This document shows, piece by piece, positions 14,938-28,039 of a stretch of DNA of 64,000 bases. The stretch lies in assembly GCF_009914755.1 (NCBI RefSeq), contig NC_060928.1. The stretch is one strand, 5' to 3'. The notes beneath the pieces are model-generated. The model worked only from the letters and a program-made list of their open reading frames with translations. It had not been told where the DNA came from and ran no database searches. The first letter of the stretch is position 1. Each line of letters begins with the position of its first letter. Source of the stretch: the human T2T-CHM13v2.0 reference genome, Homo sapiens. The position numbers were made by a program, and so were the translations under genes.

Positions 14938-15647
14938 CAATCATGTGTGACATATCAATGTTTTAGTCAACAATGGACTGCATATACAATTGTAGTCCTA
15001 TAAGATAATGATAGAGCTGAAAAATTCCTATTGCCTAGCGATATTGTAGCCATAATCATATTGTAGTGCAATGCATTACTCATGTGTTTGTGGTGATGCT
15101 GGTGTAAACAAGCCTACCATGCTGCCAGTCAGATGAAAGCATAGCACACACATTTATGTACAGTACATAATACTTCATAATAAACAACTATGTTACTGGT
15201 TTATGTATTTACTAAACTACACTTTTTATCATCATTTTAGGGTGTACTCCTTCTACTTGTTATCACAGGAGATGACAGCTCCATGCCTGGCCTATGGTAT
15301 TTTTTTTTACTTTGTAAACTTTTTAATGTTCTAAAACATTTTGACTCTTTTGTAATAATAGTTTAAAACACAAACACATTTTACAGCTGTACAAAAATAT
15401 TTTCCTTCTTTATGTCCTTATTCTGTATGCTTTTTTTTCTATTTAAAAAATTATTTAGTTTTTTTTACTTTTTTAATTTTTTTTTTTTTACTTTTTAATC
15501 TTTTTTGTTAAAAACTACGACATAAACACACTCATTAGCCTACGCCTACACAGGGTCAGGATCATCAATATGACTGTCTTTCACCACCACATCTTGTCTC
15601 AGGGGAAGGTCTTCAGGGCAATAACACACATGGAGCTGTCATCTCCT
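14938..15647 (+). mobile_element. Tigger3-type DNA transposon fragment
   Basis: GAGCTGAAAAATTCCTATTGCCTAG, GGTGATGCTGGTGTAAACAA, CAGGGTCAGGATCATCAATAT motifs. Confidence 0.85.
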
Positions 15648-15801
15648 TAACCTTGTACTCTAGCATAAATGCTAGAGTTTTTGTAGGTTTATGCAGAGGC
15701 GTGCAATTCCTTAGTCAAAGGATATGCACTTCTACAACTTATTAGACAACACCAAGTAGTTCTGCAAAATTGTTACACGAATTTACATTCCCACTAACAG
15801 A

Positions 15802-16575
15802 TTTTTTTAACTTTTATTTTAAGTTCAGTGGTATATGTGGAGGTTTGTTACATAGGTAACCATGTGTCATGGGGTTTATTGTACAGATTATTTATCACTC
15901 ATGCATTAAGCCTAGTACCCGTTAGTTATTTTTCCTGATCTCTCTCTCCTCCTACCCTCCACCCTCCAAGAGGCCCCAGTGTGTGTGGTTCCCCTCTATG
16001 TCTCCATGTGTTATCATCATTTAGCTCCCACTTATAAGTGAGAACATGCAGTATTCTGTTTTCTGTTCCTATGTTAGTTTGCTAAGGATAATGGCTTCTA
16101 GTTCCATCCATGTCCCTGCAAAGGACATAATCATATGATTGCATTCTTTTTTATGGCTGTATAGTATTCCATAGTGTATATGTACCATATTTTCTTTATC
16201 TAGTCTATCATTGATGGATATTTAGGTTGATTCCCTGTCTTTGCTATTGTGAATAGTGCTACAGTGAACATTTGCATGCATGTGTCTTTATAATAGAATA
16301 ATTTATATTCCTTTGGGTATATATCTAGTAATGGGATTGCTGGGTCAAATGGTATGTCTGTCTTTAGGTTTCTGAGGAGTTGCCACACTGTCTTCCACAA
16401 TAGTTAAAGTAATTTACACTTCCACCAACAGTTTAAAAGCATTCCTTTTTCTCCACAACCTCACTGGCATTTGTTATTTTTTCACTTTTTAATAATCGCC
16501 ATTCTGACTGGTGTGAGATGGTATCTCATTGTGGTTTTGATTTGCTTCTCTAATGATCAGTGATATTGAGCTTTA
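15802..16575 (-). mobile_element. Older L1PA (L1PA13-like) 3' fragment
   Basis: ORF 16200-16400 gives the ORF2 C-terminus ([10 protein letters not shown]); antisense 3' UTR. Confidence 0.88.
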
Positions 16576-16589
16576 CATCTTTTAAAATA

Positions 16590-17170
16590 TAAACATGATC
16601 ATGTCACACCTCTGCTCAGAATTCTCCAATGGCTTCCTATCATACTCAGAGTAAAGGCCAAATCTCTTACCATGACCTATAAGGTTCTGTGTGATCCATC
16701 CCCTCACAATCTCTGCTGTCATCTTTTATTACTGCCTCCTTTATTTATCCTGCTGCAGCTGCACTGGCCTCCTTGCTGTTCCTATAGTACAGCCAGTAAG
16801 CAATCACCTCAGTCTTTGCTCTTCCTGTTTTCTCTGCCTAGATGCTCTACCCTCAGCTATCTGCCTGGCTTGTTTCCTCTCTTCATTCGGGTGTCTGCTC
16901 AAATGTTACCTCCTCCAAAAAGCCTTCCCTGGCTGGCCTAGGATAGTCCTCCCTTCAGTCTCTCTAATACTTACATTGCTTTATTTTTCTTCATGGGTCT
17001 TATGCTATGACATGTTATTGTTTCCTCTTCTCTATTTGTTATTTGACTAATTGCCTTCTCTAGAATATAAACCGCATGAAGGTGGGATTTTGTTGTATTC
17101 AGTGCAGTATCTCCAACATATTGAACAATGCCAGAGACAAAGTAAGCACATACTAAATATTTGCTGATTA
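16590..17170 (+). mobile_element. L2 LINE 3' end
   Basis: GATCATGTCACACCTCTGCTC...CTCAAATGTTACCTCC...TAGAATATAAAC...TAAATATTTGCTG. Confidence 0.85.
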
Positions 17171-17259
17171 GAAGAAACATTTGAAACATATAAGACAGGC
17201 AAAAGGTTAATACTGTATCTCTAATAGAAAGAGTTGTTCCAATAAATAAGAACACTATT

Positions 17260-17560
17260 TCTTTTGCTGTTGTTTTGAGACAGGGTCTCACTCTGTTGCC
17301 CAGTCTGGTGTGAAGTGGCATGGTTACTGTTCACTGCAGCCTCCACCTGCCAGACTCAAGTGATCCTCCCACCTCAACCTCTTAAGTAGCTGGGACTACA
17401 GATATGCACCACCACACTAAGGTAATTTTTAATTTTTTTTTGAGATGTGGGGCCTCACTGTGTTGTCCAGGCTGGTCTCAAACTCCTGAACTCAAGCAAT
17501 CCTCCTACCTCAGCCTCCCAAAGTGCTGGGACTACAGGTGTGAGCCACCTAATTTGGCCA
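17260..17560 (-). mobile_element. AluJ-type SINE
   Basis: Antisense Alu with CTCAAGTGATCCTCCCAC and CTCAAGCAATCCTCC. Confidence 0.92.
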
Positions 17561-17589
17561 AGAATATTATTTCATTCCCATAGAAAAAA

Positions 17590-19015
17590 TTGGCACACCT
17601 GATGCCCAGATCTTGGCTTTTTAATGTCACTCTCCAGTAAAAAGAACCAGAGTTGCTTGGAGAAATGGCTGACTCCAGGGCTGGGGCACACAAAAAAAAT
17701 AGATAAGATGAACCTGGATCATCTTGTAGCACCATAAAATAAGAAAGTCTTCAAAAAACTAAAGGATGGAAGCATTTCAAAGGGGCACAAGCCATTCTAA
17801 AAGAATTCCCAATGGCCAAGCTAGAAGAATTTGACCAACTAAGTTATTGACATGATATTAGATATAATCCAAAGTATACAATAAACATGATTCCATATTG
17901 ATGTAAATAATGGTTGAATATAAAAATAAATGGCAGGAAAGAGACAAATCTGTGCAGAAAATTTTCAAATAATACATATATATAGCTACTCTCCCTGTTA
18001 ATGAGTTGAACTGTGTCTGCTGAAAATTCATATGTTGAAGCTGTAACCCCCAGTACTTCAAAATGTAACTGTATTTGGAGATAGTACCTTTAAAGGGGTA
18101 TTTAAATTAAAATTGAGTTGTTAAGATGGGTCCTAATCCAATCTGACCAGTGTTCTTATAAGCACGGACAGAAAATGACACCAGACAGGTACACACCAGA
18201 GGGAGAGGCCTCAGATTAAACCAACCCTGCTGACACTTTGATCTCAGACTTCCAGCCTCCAGAACTGTAGGAAAATAAATTCTTGTTGCTTAAGTATCCT
18301 AGTCTGTGATATTTTGTTGTGGCAGCCTTCACAAACTAATACATTTCTCTTTGCAGAGGTGGAGCTTAAACCCCAGACTCCCATCTTGAGTGTGGGCTGA
18401 ACTTAGTGACTTGCTTTCAAAGAATAATTCCAAAGAATAAAGTATAGAAAGTGAAAAATAATGGCTTTACACTGGAAAAAACTGGCAACCACTACCAAAA
18501 CAAAGTGACCAAGTTTAATTCCACCAGTGAAAAGTCATGTTGACAGCATGTGACTGCTGATATGATGTGATAGAAGGGGCATTTCACCTCTGTGGCATTC
18601 TTCCCAAATACTCATAATCCCAGTCAAATCATGAGAAAACATTAGACAAACTTATATTGAGCGATATTCTATACAATATCTGACCAGTACTCTTCAAAAT
18701 TGTCATCATCACAAAAAGCAAAGAAATACTGAAAAACTGTCACACACCACAGGAGACTAAAGAATTGTAAAATTAAATGCAATATGGTACCCTGGATCAG
18801 ACCCTGGCACACAAAAAAGTACATTTGTGAAAATACTAGTAAAATCTGAATAAAGTGCGGAGTTTAGTTAACAGTAATACACCAATGTTTGCTTTTTAGT
18901 GATGACAGATGTACCATGGCAACATAAGATGTTACAGGGGATATAAAGGAACTTTCTGTATTATCTTTGCAACTTTTCTGTAAATCTGAAACTTCAAAAA
19001 TTAAAAGATTTTTTT
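17590..19015 (+). mobile_element. L1MC-type 3' region interrupted by an MLT1B LTR
   Basis: GATGCCCAGATCTTGG...GGAGAAATGGCTGA and terminal TATCTTTGCAACTTTTCTGTAAATCT. Confidence 0.8.
17996..18343 (+). mobile_element. MLT1B-like solo LTR
   Basis: TGTTAATGAGTTGAACTGTGTC...GACTTCCAGCCTCCAGAACTG...AAACTAATACA. Confidence 0.87.
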
Positions 19016-19439
19016 AAGAAATGGGCAAAGAGCATGAATAGGCAGTTCACTAAAGCAATGCATGTAGTCATAAATCCATGGAAATTGTGTACAAAGACAT
19101 GAGTAATCAAAAAAATAAATTATAATGAGTTATTTTTATTCGTCCATGAGACAATGATTTTCAAAAGTGATAATATCCAATGTTTTCAAAAAGACGTGTG
19201 AAAATATGTAATTTGCCAATGTTATCTAATGCCTTTATCAAGTACATATCTCAATACATTTCCCAAGAATATAATCAAGCCAGTACTCAATATAACGAAC
19301 TTTTATTGAACCCTTACTATGTTCCCAGCACTGTGAAAAACAGTACACATGCATTGGATCATATAATTTTATGATAATTCTACGAGGTAGATACTGTTAT
19401 TATCATCTCTATTTTAATTATAATTTTTATAATGCCTAG

Positions 19440-19888
19440 AATATATTATTACATAATGATCTCCTCCAGTGAAACATGCCTCCTTGTATCTATGTCCTTG
19501 CTTAGTTTCCTCCTACACTGACTCTAGGTTTTCCCATGTCACTTGTTTTGGTCAATGAGATGCACGCAAATGTCACAAATGAGGATTTCCTCGTCTCTTT
19601 CTACTTTTGAAATCTTGCCACCATGTTAAGAAGCCCTAGCTTGCCTACTGAAGACTCATGGTCAGTCAACAACCAGCACCAAGCACCAGACATGTCAGGG
19701 AGGCCAACTCAGACAACTCAGCTACTGTTGCATGCTAAGATGATTGCAGCCCCATGAGTGATCCCAGGTGAGAGAAGCAGAAGATTCACCAAGCTGAGCC
19801 TCACCCAAAATGGTGGCTCACAGAATCATGAGCAAATAAAATGGTTTTAAACCATTAAGTTTTGTTTTACAACAACAGATAATAACCT
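19440..19888 (+). mobile_element. Old MLT1 (G/H-like) LTR, apparently nested in a minus-strand MIR (~19285-19990)
   Basis: CCAAGCTGAGCC...CACAGAATCATGAGCAAATAAAATGG...AACAGATAA; MIR pieces on both sides. Confidence 0.72.
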
Positions 19889-20244
19889 TATAAGAATTTT
19901 CTTATATCTAATTTATACATGAGAAATATAAGACTTAGTTAAGTACCTTGTCTAGTAAGTGGCAGAGCCAGAATTCATAGGGACATAGCTAGTAATTTTA
20001 ACAGCCAGTATTTGTATTCTGAAACTCTGAACTACCTTATTCATCATCCATCTTAGGAAAATCTAAAACTGAGAAATTACAAACAACTGAAAATTACCAA
20101 CCTCAAAGGGGGATTGTTTCAGTAAATTCTAATACAAGCAAATACAAAATCTATGATACAACAGAATACCCCTAACAACAGAATAAAATACAATTATACT
20201 CCCAGCAATATATATCTGTTATGAATATGAGAAGATAATAAAAG

Positions 20245-20525
20245 TTCACTTTTATGGAGTGTTACTATCTGCCAGGCACTGTTCTGGGTGTTTTACATGC
20301 TTTATTTCTTTTGCTGTTCACAACTCTGTGGATAGATTATAAATCATTCCCATTTATTATTATTCCCAATTTTTCCCATTCCTCTGTATTACAAATTAGA
20401 AAGAAGAGTCCATAGTAAGTAAACAACTTTCTCAAGGTCATGTAGCTAATAATTGGCAAAGCTTAGATGCCAACCTAGGGAGTTCAACTTCCAAGACCAT
20501 GTTCCTAACTAAAACATTACACTGC
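20245..20525 (-). mobile_element. MIR SINE
   Basis: TACTATCTGCCAGGCACTGTTCT...CTCAAGGTCATGTAGCTAAT. Confidence 0.78.
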
Positions 20526-21299
20526 TTTTCCCACAATATATTTTTAGTTGAGAAAGATTAGGTTACAAAAACAATATGTGATTCCATTCTGGTTCCAGGA
20601 AAGAACATATGAATAGTTGTGTGGCATGTGCTATGTGGCCCAGAAAATACAAACAGACTTCTACACACACAAGTGTCAACAGCAGTGACTTTTGAGTGAT
20701 AGAATTATCAGTGACATTTATTTTCTTCTCTATATGTTTCTGCATTTTCTGAATTTTTTGCAATGAAAATTTACTACTTTGATCGTCAAAAATATTAGGA
20801 CTGTTCTAGGGGGAAAAACCTTCAACACTCCAATATTTTTTAAATGATAAAATAAATTTTAAATTTTACAGAATAAATGTAAAGTTTCACATGACCACAT
20901 ACACATTGAAACAACTCATTAAAATAATTAATTAGTTAAAACAATTAGTTGATCTCATCAAATAGGCATCATTTAAATGTTAATTCTCAGAGCTTGCTGG
21001 CATCCTAAGAGACACATATTTTCAGCTACTGCTACTGGGAACATAAGTGACACAGACTCTCTGGAATTGAATTTAGCAATATGTTTCAAGAAAGAAGTCA
21101 CACCATATGAAACAGTAGCAATAAAGTGCTCTTTATAATGTCAACTAATTTTTAAAACCCAAAGTCAAACAATAAGTCAATGGTTAAATAGATAACGCAA
21201 CACCCACGTAACAAAAGAATATCGCCGTTAAAAATCTTATTCTTGGAAAATATTTAATAACATGCATTTTCCCCCATGATATGTGATTTCTTATATTGT

Positions 21300-21607
21300 T
21301 TAGGTTTTGTTTGCTTTTTTAGAGATGAGGTCTCACTCTGTCACCAAGGCTGGAGGGCAGTGGCATCATGATCACGACCCATTGCAGCCTCAACCTCCCA
21401 GGCTCAAGCACGTCTCCCACCTCAGCCTCTCAAGAAGCTGAGATCACAGGCGCGTGCCACCATGCCTAATTTAAAAAAAAAAAATTTTATAGAGACAAGG
21501 GCTCACTATGTTGCCTAGGCTGGTCTCAAATTCCTGGGTTCGAGCAATCCTCCTGCCTCAGCCTCTCAAAATGCTGGGATTACAGGCATAAGCCACAGCA
21601 CCTGGCT
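21300..21607 (-). mobile_element. AluJ-type SINE
   Basis: Antisense dimeric Alu. Confidence 0.92.
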
Positions 21608-22032
21608 TGATTGTTCATATTGTTTAAAGAGCAGAATATAATATGGTTAAAACCAATGTAATTCATATGTAAGTAAATATTTATATACATACATGTAAAT
21701 GTGCCCTCATTTTTTAAAAAACCCTGAAATTAAATACATGAAAATCTAAACTATTATCGCTGAGCAGTGGCATTTCAGATAACTCCAATTTTCTGCTGAA
21801 TATTTTCAAGCACCTGGGACAATTCCCATTGAAATCAGTTGATACTAAGAGGCATCAAGGGTTAGCAGGAGTTCAAGGTCAGGATCTCTGGACCAATTCT
21901 TGGTCTGGGCAGCTACTGTGCATTTGCATCACAGCACACTGAAGGCCAACGTAGATACAGCTGCCGAGGGAAGTTCTGCTAAGTATGATTAGAACCACAG
22001 TAGAGTTGAAGGACTTGTACCCCTAAAATTCT

Positions 22033-22314
22033 CTAGAAGAGGGTCTCATGAAGGTGTAGATACTTCAGGGAAGTCAGATACACACTGAGTCCCCAGTCAG
22101 AGCACACGAAAGTCTTTTTCAGCTTCTTCGGCATGTAGATTCTTTTGGAATTGGACCTATTAAAGAACATCAACCACAGTGTCTGCAACCAATATGTGTT
22201 TGTATAAAACATCTGGGGCCAGATCTCCCCAAAATCATAACACCACACCTTGGATGTGGCTTCAGTAATCAAAATCTTATATTCCAGATACTTCTAATCT
22301 GCCAAGGCCATCTC
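22033..22314 (-). pseudogene. Putative decayed coding exon of an unidentified gene
   Basis: Branch-like CTAAC and TTTTCTATGCTTTTTTCAG acceptor, then 93 codons with one internal TAG (22294-22296); hand count GC3 57/93; no repeat or family recognised. Confidence 0.45.
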
Positions 22315-22645
22315 CTGAAAAAAGCATAGAAAACCTCAGTTGCTTTCTGAGAGAGTTAGAGCTACATCTGAGGTAAGTATTGTTATCACCTCTATACAAA
22401 TAAGTGAACCGGCCAGGACTTAAATCCATCAGACCAAAAAACCCAGCCTAAATTTTAAACTGTAATCTGTGACCTCTGAATGTGAAGAATTCTGCCTTCT
22501 CCCGCTCTACTCCCTGTTGAGAATATGAAGGAAAACATTGTACTAATATTGTATATAATGTATGCTTAACTAAGTATCAGAATGGATGGACCTTGGACCT
22601 TAGATCTGATAGCAATTCCTAAGTTTGATTGAAACTGAGTAAATC

Positions 22646-22942
22646 CTTTTTTATTCAAGACAGGGTCCCTGTCACCCAGGCTGGAGCACAGTGATGCAAT
22701 CATAGCTCACTGTAACCTCAAATTCCTGAGCTCACAGAATCCTCCTGTCTAGGTCTCCCAAGTGTCTGGGACTACAGGTGTGTGCCACCATGCCCAGCTA
22801 ATTTTTTTTTTTTTTTTTTTTTGGTAGAGATGGAGTCTGGTGATGTGGCCCAGGCTGATCTCAAACTCCTGGGCTCAAGCAATCCTTCTGCCTCAGGCTC
22901 CCAAAGAGCTGAGATTACAAGAATGAGCCACTGCACTTGGCC
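22646..22942 (-). mobile_element. AluJ-type SINE
   Basis: Antisense dimeric Alu. Confidence 0.9.
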
Positions 22943-23066
22943 TAAATCCATATTTTTGATGCAAACTCTTATTTTTAAATGTATAGCCCCACTTTGTTAC
23001 CACAAAGTACCCTGTATAAAGTGTAGCAACATAATATGAACTAGAAGTAGTTCAAAAAGAAAAGTG

Positions 23067-23345
23067 GACCAGGCACAGTGGCTCATGCCAGTAATCCCAG
23101 CACACTGGGAGGCTAAGGCAGGAGGATTACTGAAGGCCAAGAATTCAAGACATGCCTGGGCAACATAGTGGGACCCCATCTCTACCAAACAAATATAAAA
23201 AAATTCGCTAGGCACGGTGGTGCGCACCTGTAGTCCTAGCTACTTGGAAGGCTGATACGGGATTGCTTAAGTCAGAGAGTTCAAGGTTATCGTGAGCTAT
23301 GATGGAGTCACTGTACTCCAGCCTGGGTGACAGAGGAAGACCTGA
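23067..23345 (+). mobile_element. AluJ-type SINE
   Basis: Sense dimeric Alu, diverged. Confidence 0.9.
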
Positions 23346-23358
23346 AAAGAAAGAATGA

Positions 23359-23389
<31 letters not shown>

Positions 23390-23600
23390 GAAGGAAGGAA
23401 GGAAGGAAGGAAGGAAGGAAGGAAGGAAGGCAGGGAGGAAGGAAGGAAGGAAGACAGGGAGGAAGGAAGGAAGGAAGACAGGGAGGAAGGAAGGAAGGAA
23501 GACAGGGAGGAAGGAAGGAAGGAAGACAGGGAGGAAGGAAGGAAGGAAGACAGGGAGGAAGGAAGGAAGGAAGACAGGGAGGAAGGAAGGAAGGAAGGGG
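23346..23600 (+). repeat. (GAAA)n(GGAA)n microsatellite followed by a 24-bp minisatellite (x7)
   Basis: CAGGGAGG recurs at 23431, 23455, 23479, 23503, 23527, 23551, 23575. Confidence 0.97.
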
Positions 23601-24460
23601 AAGTGAACACAGTGGTAGAGACACAAAAAGGTGCTAGGATAGAGGCTAACACAAAATCACATACCATGACATCCTTCTGTGCACTTTCTATTCATTATTT
23701 TACCAATTTCTATAGCATTTTAGAGTTGTTTCAATAAAACTGCAAGTGAATATAATCTACTGCCTATTATGTGGTTATGCCCTAAAAAGCTAGGATGACT
23801 TCGTTATAAGTTGCTTTATGTGACACCCACCATAGTGTCAGAAAAATTTAGAAGTTCAGAATTGATTTTGGAAACTAACGAATGTGTCTGTAGATTGTGG
23901 ACTAGTAAGCCACCTCCAGTCTCTATTATACACTGCAATGTTCACTCCCCAAAATAATGACAGAACAGTATCAGGTATGTGGGAGTCACAAATATATATA
24001 TAATATTAAACATTGATTATATTTAATGTTATCAATAAGTTAGAATTGATTTGATAATAAATAGAAAATCAACGAAGATGTTCATGTGTACCTTGGAAAA
24101 TTATTTTATCAATGAACCACATCACATATATCACACAGCACAACTGGCTACTTATTCAGGAGCAGTGATTTTTCACTTTAAGAAATCCCTAAGATTCAAA
24201 CATTCTGCCCTATTTTTTTAACAAGAAAAAAATATCACAAGTTTGTGAAGAGATGCAACATTTTGAAAAACCAAAAGCATGCATAGAGAGATTCTAATAC
24301 TTGCCCTAAAAAGGTCATGCCAGGACCAGGATGGTAGTAGCCCTTTGCCCATACACGGGGGCTACACAGAAGAAGCCATGCAAGCAATTCAGAAAAAATC
24401 CTCACTGCTTTTCCCCACCTCTGTGTGTCAACTAAGAGTCTTTGTATGGATAGTTTATAT

Positions 24461-24618
24461 CAGTAATTCTCAGACTTTAATGAGCACATAAACCAAGGAT
24501 CTTGTTAAAATGCAAATTCTGATTCAATAGATCTAGAGTAGGACCTGAGATTCTACATGTGTAAGAAACTCAGAGAGGAGGTTGGTGGGGCTGGTCCAAG
24601 GACCTCATTTATGAGTAG
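24461..24618. mobile_element. MER5-type hAT MITE
   Basis: CTTGTTAAAATGCAAATTCTGATTCA...CCTGAGATTCTACAT...GGACC. Confidence 0.8.
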
Positions 24619-24693
24619 TCAAGATTTATATTTTTTAGCATTAAGTCACTGTATGAAAAGAGACTTGCTTTTACTTGTTAAAAATAAACTGGA

Positions 24694-25230
<537 letters not shown>

Positions 25231-25740
25231 AACTGAAGATGATTTGGTTATCAAACAAAACTTTAAAGAATATAAGGCTTATTCCACTTTGAAACAAATC
25301 AAAAAGTAAAAACTTGAACCAGCATCTATAAAATTCTAGCCATCTTTCCTCAGAAAGAAAAAAATAAAAAAGAAGGAAAGGTCAGGACAACATGATACCC
25401 ATTAATAAAAGCAGCTTACATTCCTTCTTCCTAGCAAAGTGCAGCACAGCTCAACCTCAAATGGAACGTGACATTAATGGGCTAAAAGGAAAGATGGAGA
25501 ACAGAGAGCCCCTGAAGCTAAACAGACCCAGCACCGTGCTCTGCACACTTCAAGCCAAAGCCATTTCATTTCCCTTTACTCTTATCAGTCAGTCTGTTGA
25601 CCAGATGTAGAAATGAATACTGATGAGAAAAAAGTACAGGCAACATGGTGCACCCTTGACGTCTAATCCTATCTGGAATACTCAACTCTGACTTTTCACT
25701 ACAAGCCGCAACAAACAAACAAACAAACACCAAAAAGGGA

Positions 25741-26158
25741 TGTATTCGGGTTCTGCAAAGAAACAGAATCAATAGAATGTATATATTAAAAGAACAATAT
25801 TTATTTTAAGGAATTGACTCATGTGATTGTGGGGGCTGGCAAGTCTGAGTGCACAGGACAGGCCAGCAGGATGGTGACCCAGGGAAGAGTTGATATTGTA
25901 GTCTTGAGTCTGAAGACAATATAGAGGTAAAATTCTTTCATTTTCAGAGGACCTCAGTCTTTTTTTTTTCTCCTAAGGCCTTTAACTGATTGGATGAGGC
26001 CCACTCACATTATGGAGTGTAATCTGTTTTACTCAGTCTACTGATTTGAATCTTAACCATAACTAAAAAATACTTTCACAGCAGTATCTAGACTGCTATC
26101 TCAACAAACAACTGGATGCCATACCCTAGTTAAGTGAACACATGTAATTAACCATTGC
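25741..26158 (-). mobile_element. MLT2 (ERVL) solo LTR
   Basis: GGGTTCTGCAAAGAAACAGAATCAATAG...AACTGATTGGATGAGGCCCAC...AATTAACCATTGCA. Confidence 0.87.
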
Positions 26159-26746
26159 AGAAGGATAAAGGTTCCAGGTCCCTAGTATTTGGGGCCTCCC
26201 TTCCAGCTCCCCTTTCTTGCTTCTGTCCTCAAACCTCAGTAGCAACACCAGTGGAGACTAATGGTAGTGATGGCTGTAATCACAGCAAATTTAGCCATAG
26301 AGGCTGCCTGCCACCTGTCCCATTTAGAAGTTTGTTGACAGTCACACAGTCTCCATGAGCTTTCAGAATGGGATGCCTAATATCAACACTAACATTGCTC
26401 TGGGACAAGGGGACAGTAGAGAATATTTGTCTCTCTATTTTCCCCAAACTCCCCTCTCCCAAATCCTGCCCAAGATACTGAAAACTGGAAATGCTTCTTA
26501 CTGATCATGTGACCACTTAGAAAATTTGGAAACGTAAATGAGATCTTGTTAAATACCTAGGCATCTCAAAAAAAAAAAGTGCTACTGGTGCAGGGAGGGT
26601 ATTCATTAAAAGAGTCCTTCTAGGCTTTTAAAACCAATTAGAATTTTCTCTGGGTTTGTTATATAGAAGGAGAAGGAAATGTGTTCACCTTCTAGAAAAA
26701 TAATAATTATTTCAGACTCTTGCCTTTATGGTTTATGAAGGAGATA

Positions 26747-27044
26747 TTTTCTCCAGCTTTCTTGAGGCATAAATGGCAAATAAAAATATATATATTTAAT
26801 GTATGCACTGTGATTTTTTGATGCACATTGCAAAATAATTGCCACAATCAAGTTAATTAACACATCTAGCATTTCATGTAGTTACCATTTTCTGTGTGTC
26901 TTTGCGATGAGAATGCTTAGGGTCTATTTTCAGAGAACCAACTTTCAGTTAACAAAACGAATAAATCCTGGGGATCTAATGTACAGCATGGTAATTATAG
27001 TTGATAATACTGTATGGTATACTTGAAATTTTCTGAAAGATAGA
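26747..27044 (-). mobile_element. Short L1MA8/9-like 3' end with inverted 5' part
   Basis: 26747-26933 is the antisense terminus; 26934-27044 is the adjoining upstream part in sense (GATCTAATGTACAGCATGG...TACTTGAAATTT). Confidence 0.75.
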
Positions 27045-28039
27045 AGTTTATACTTACACTAGAGAGTTCCTTCTGCCTTTAGTTATTCCTAATTAGACAT
27101 TCAAAACTGATTAATATATAGCTTACAGTGGCGCCATCTGAGCAAGAAGAAATTAGGTTATTAATCCTTCCTCTGAAGTCTCCACAATGATATTAAATTT
27201 TCAGGTAGCAGATTTCTGGATTGATTTTCTTCTCTCACCACTTTTTTCAAAGTCTAACTATACACTTTATGACTCAGGCACTAATATCTTACTTGCAATC
27301 CAACTGCGGTTTTTCCTTCACCTCAACATAGTCCTTGGAGCACTTTTTAAAAGCCTTTAGTCTGAGACATAGGCCCATTTGTAATAGTATATGCCACATT
27401 CTCTGCATCTGTTCATTTCACAAGGTAAACTTGATGATCACCAGCTATTCTTAGCTCTTGACAATATAAAAAAAAGATAATCAAAAGTGCAATTATTTAA
27501 ATTCATAAAGGTATTGATTTCTTTTCACTCTTGATGCAGACTTCAAAAGATTCCATGGATCAAATATCATCATAACCAGATATAACATGAAGCATAAGAA
27601 TTATATATAATTGAAGTGGTTTAATTTCCAATACTCAATAAAAATTCAGGAAATAAAACTAGTAAATTCATTCACATGGGCTGAAGAAAACAGAATGCAA
27701 TATGCCCTTCCTACAGTTGGGCCCCTCTCTACTCTTCTGCACTCTAGATTTCTCTCCTGCCACCCTCACCTACCCCGTCTTGCATTCCACCTTCTCAAAT
27801 TCGTCTCTCCCCTTCAATTAATCTCACCCATTCCTATTTAAAGGCATACCTCATTTTATTGTGCTTTGTATTTTTGTGCTTCACAGAGAATGCTTTTTTT
27901 TTTTTTTTAACAAATTGAAGGTTTGTGGCAACCCTGTACCAAGCAAGTCCATAGGCACCATTTTTCCAATAGCACATGTTCGCTTCATGTTTCTGTGCCA
28001 CATTTTGGTAATTCTCACAGTATCTTTTAAATTTTTCTT

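Noticed and set aside
23208-23737. Repetitive 83-138 aa ORFs and a regularly spaced, CRISPR-like periodicity
   Set aside because: A 24-bp minisatellite with no unique spacers, in eukaryotic DNA.
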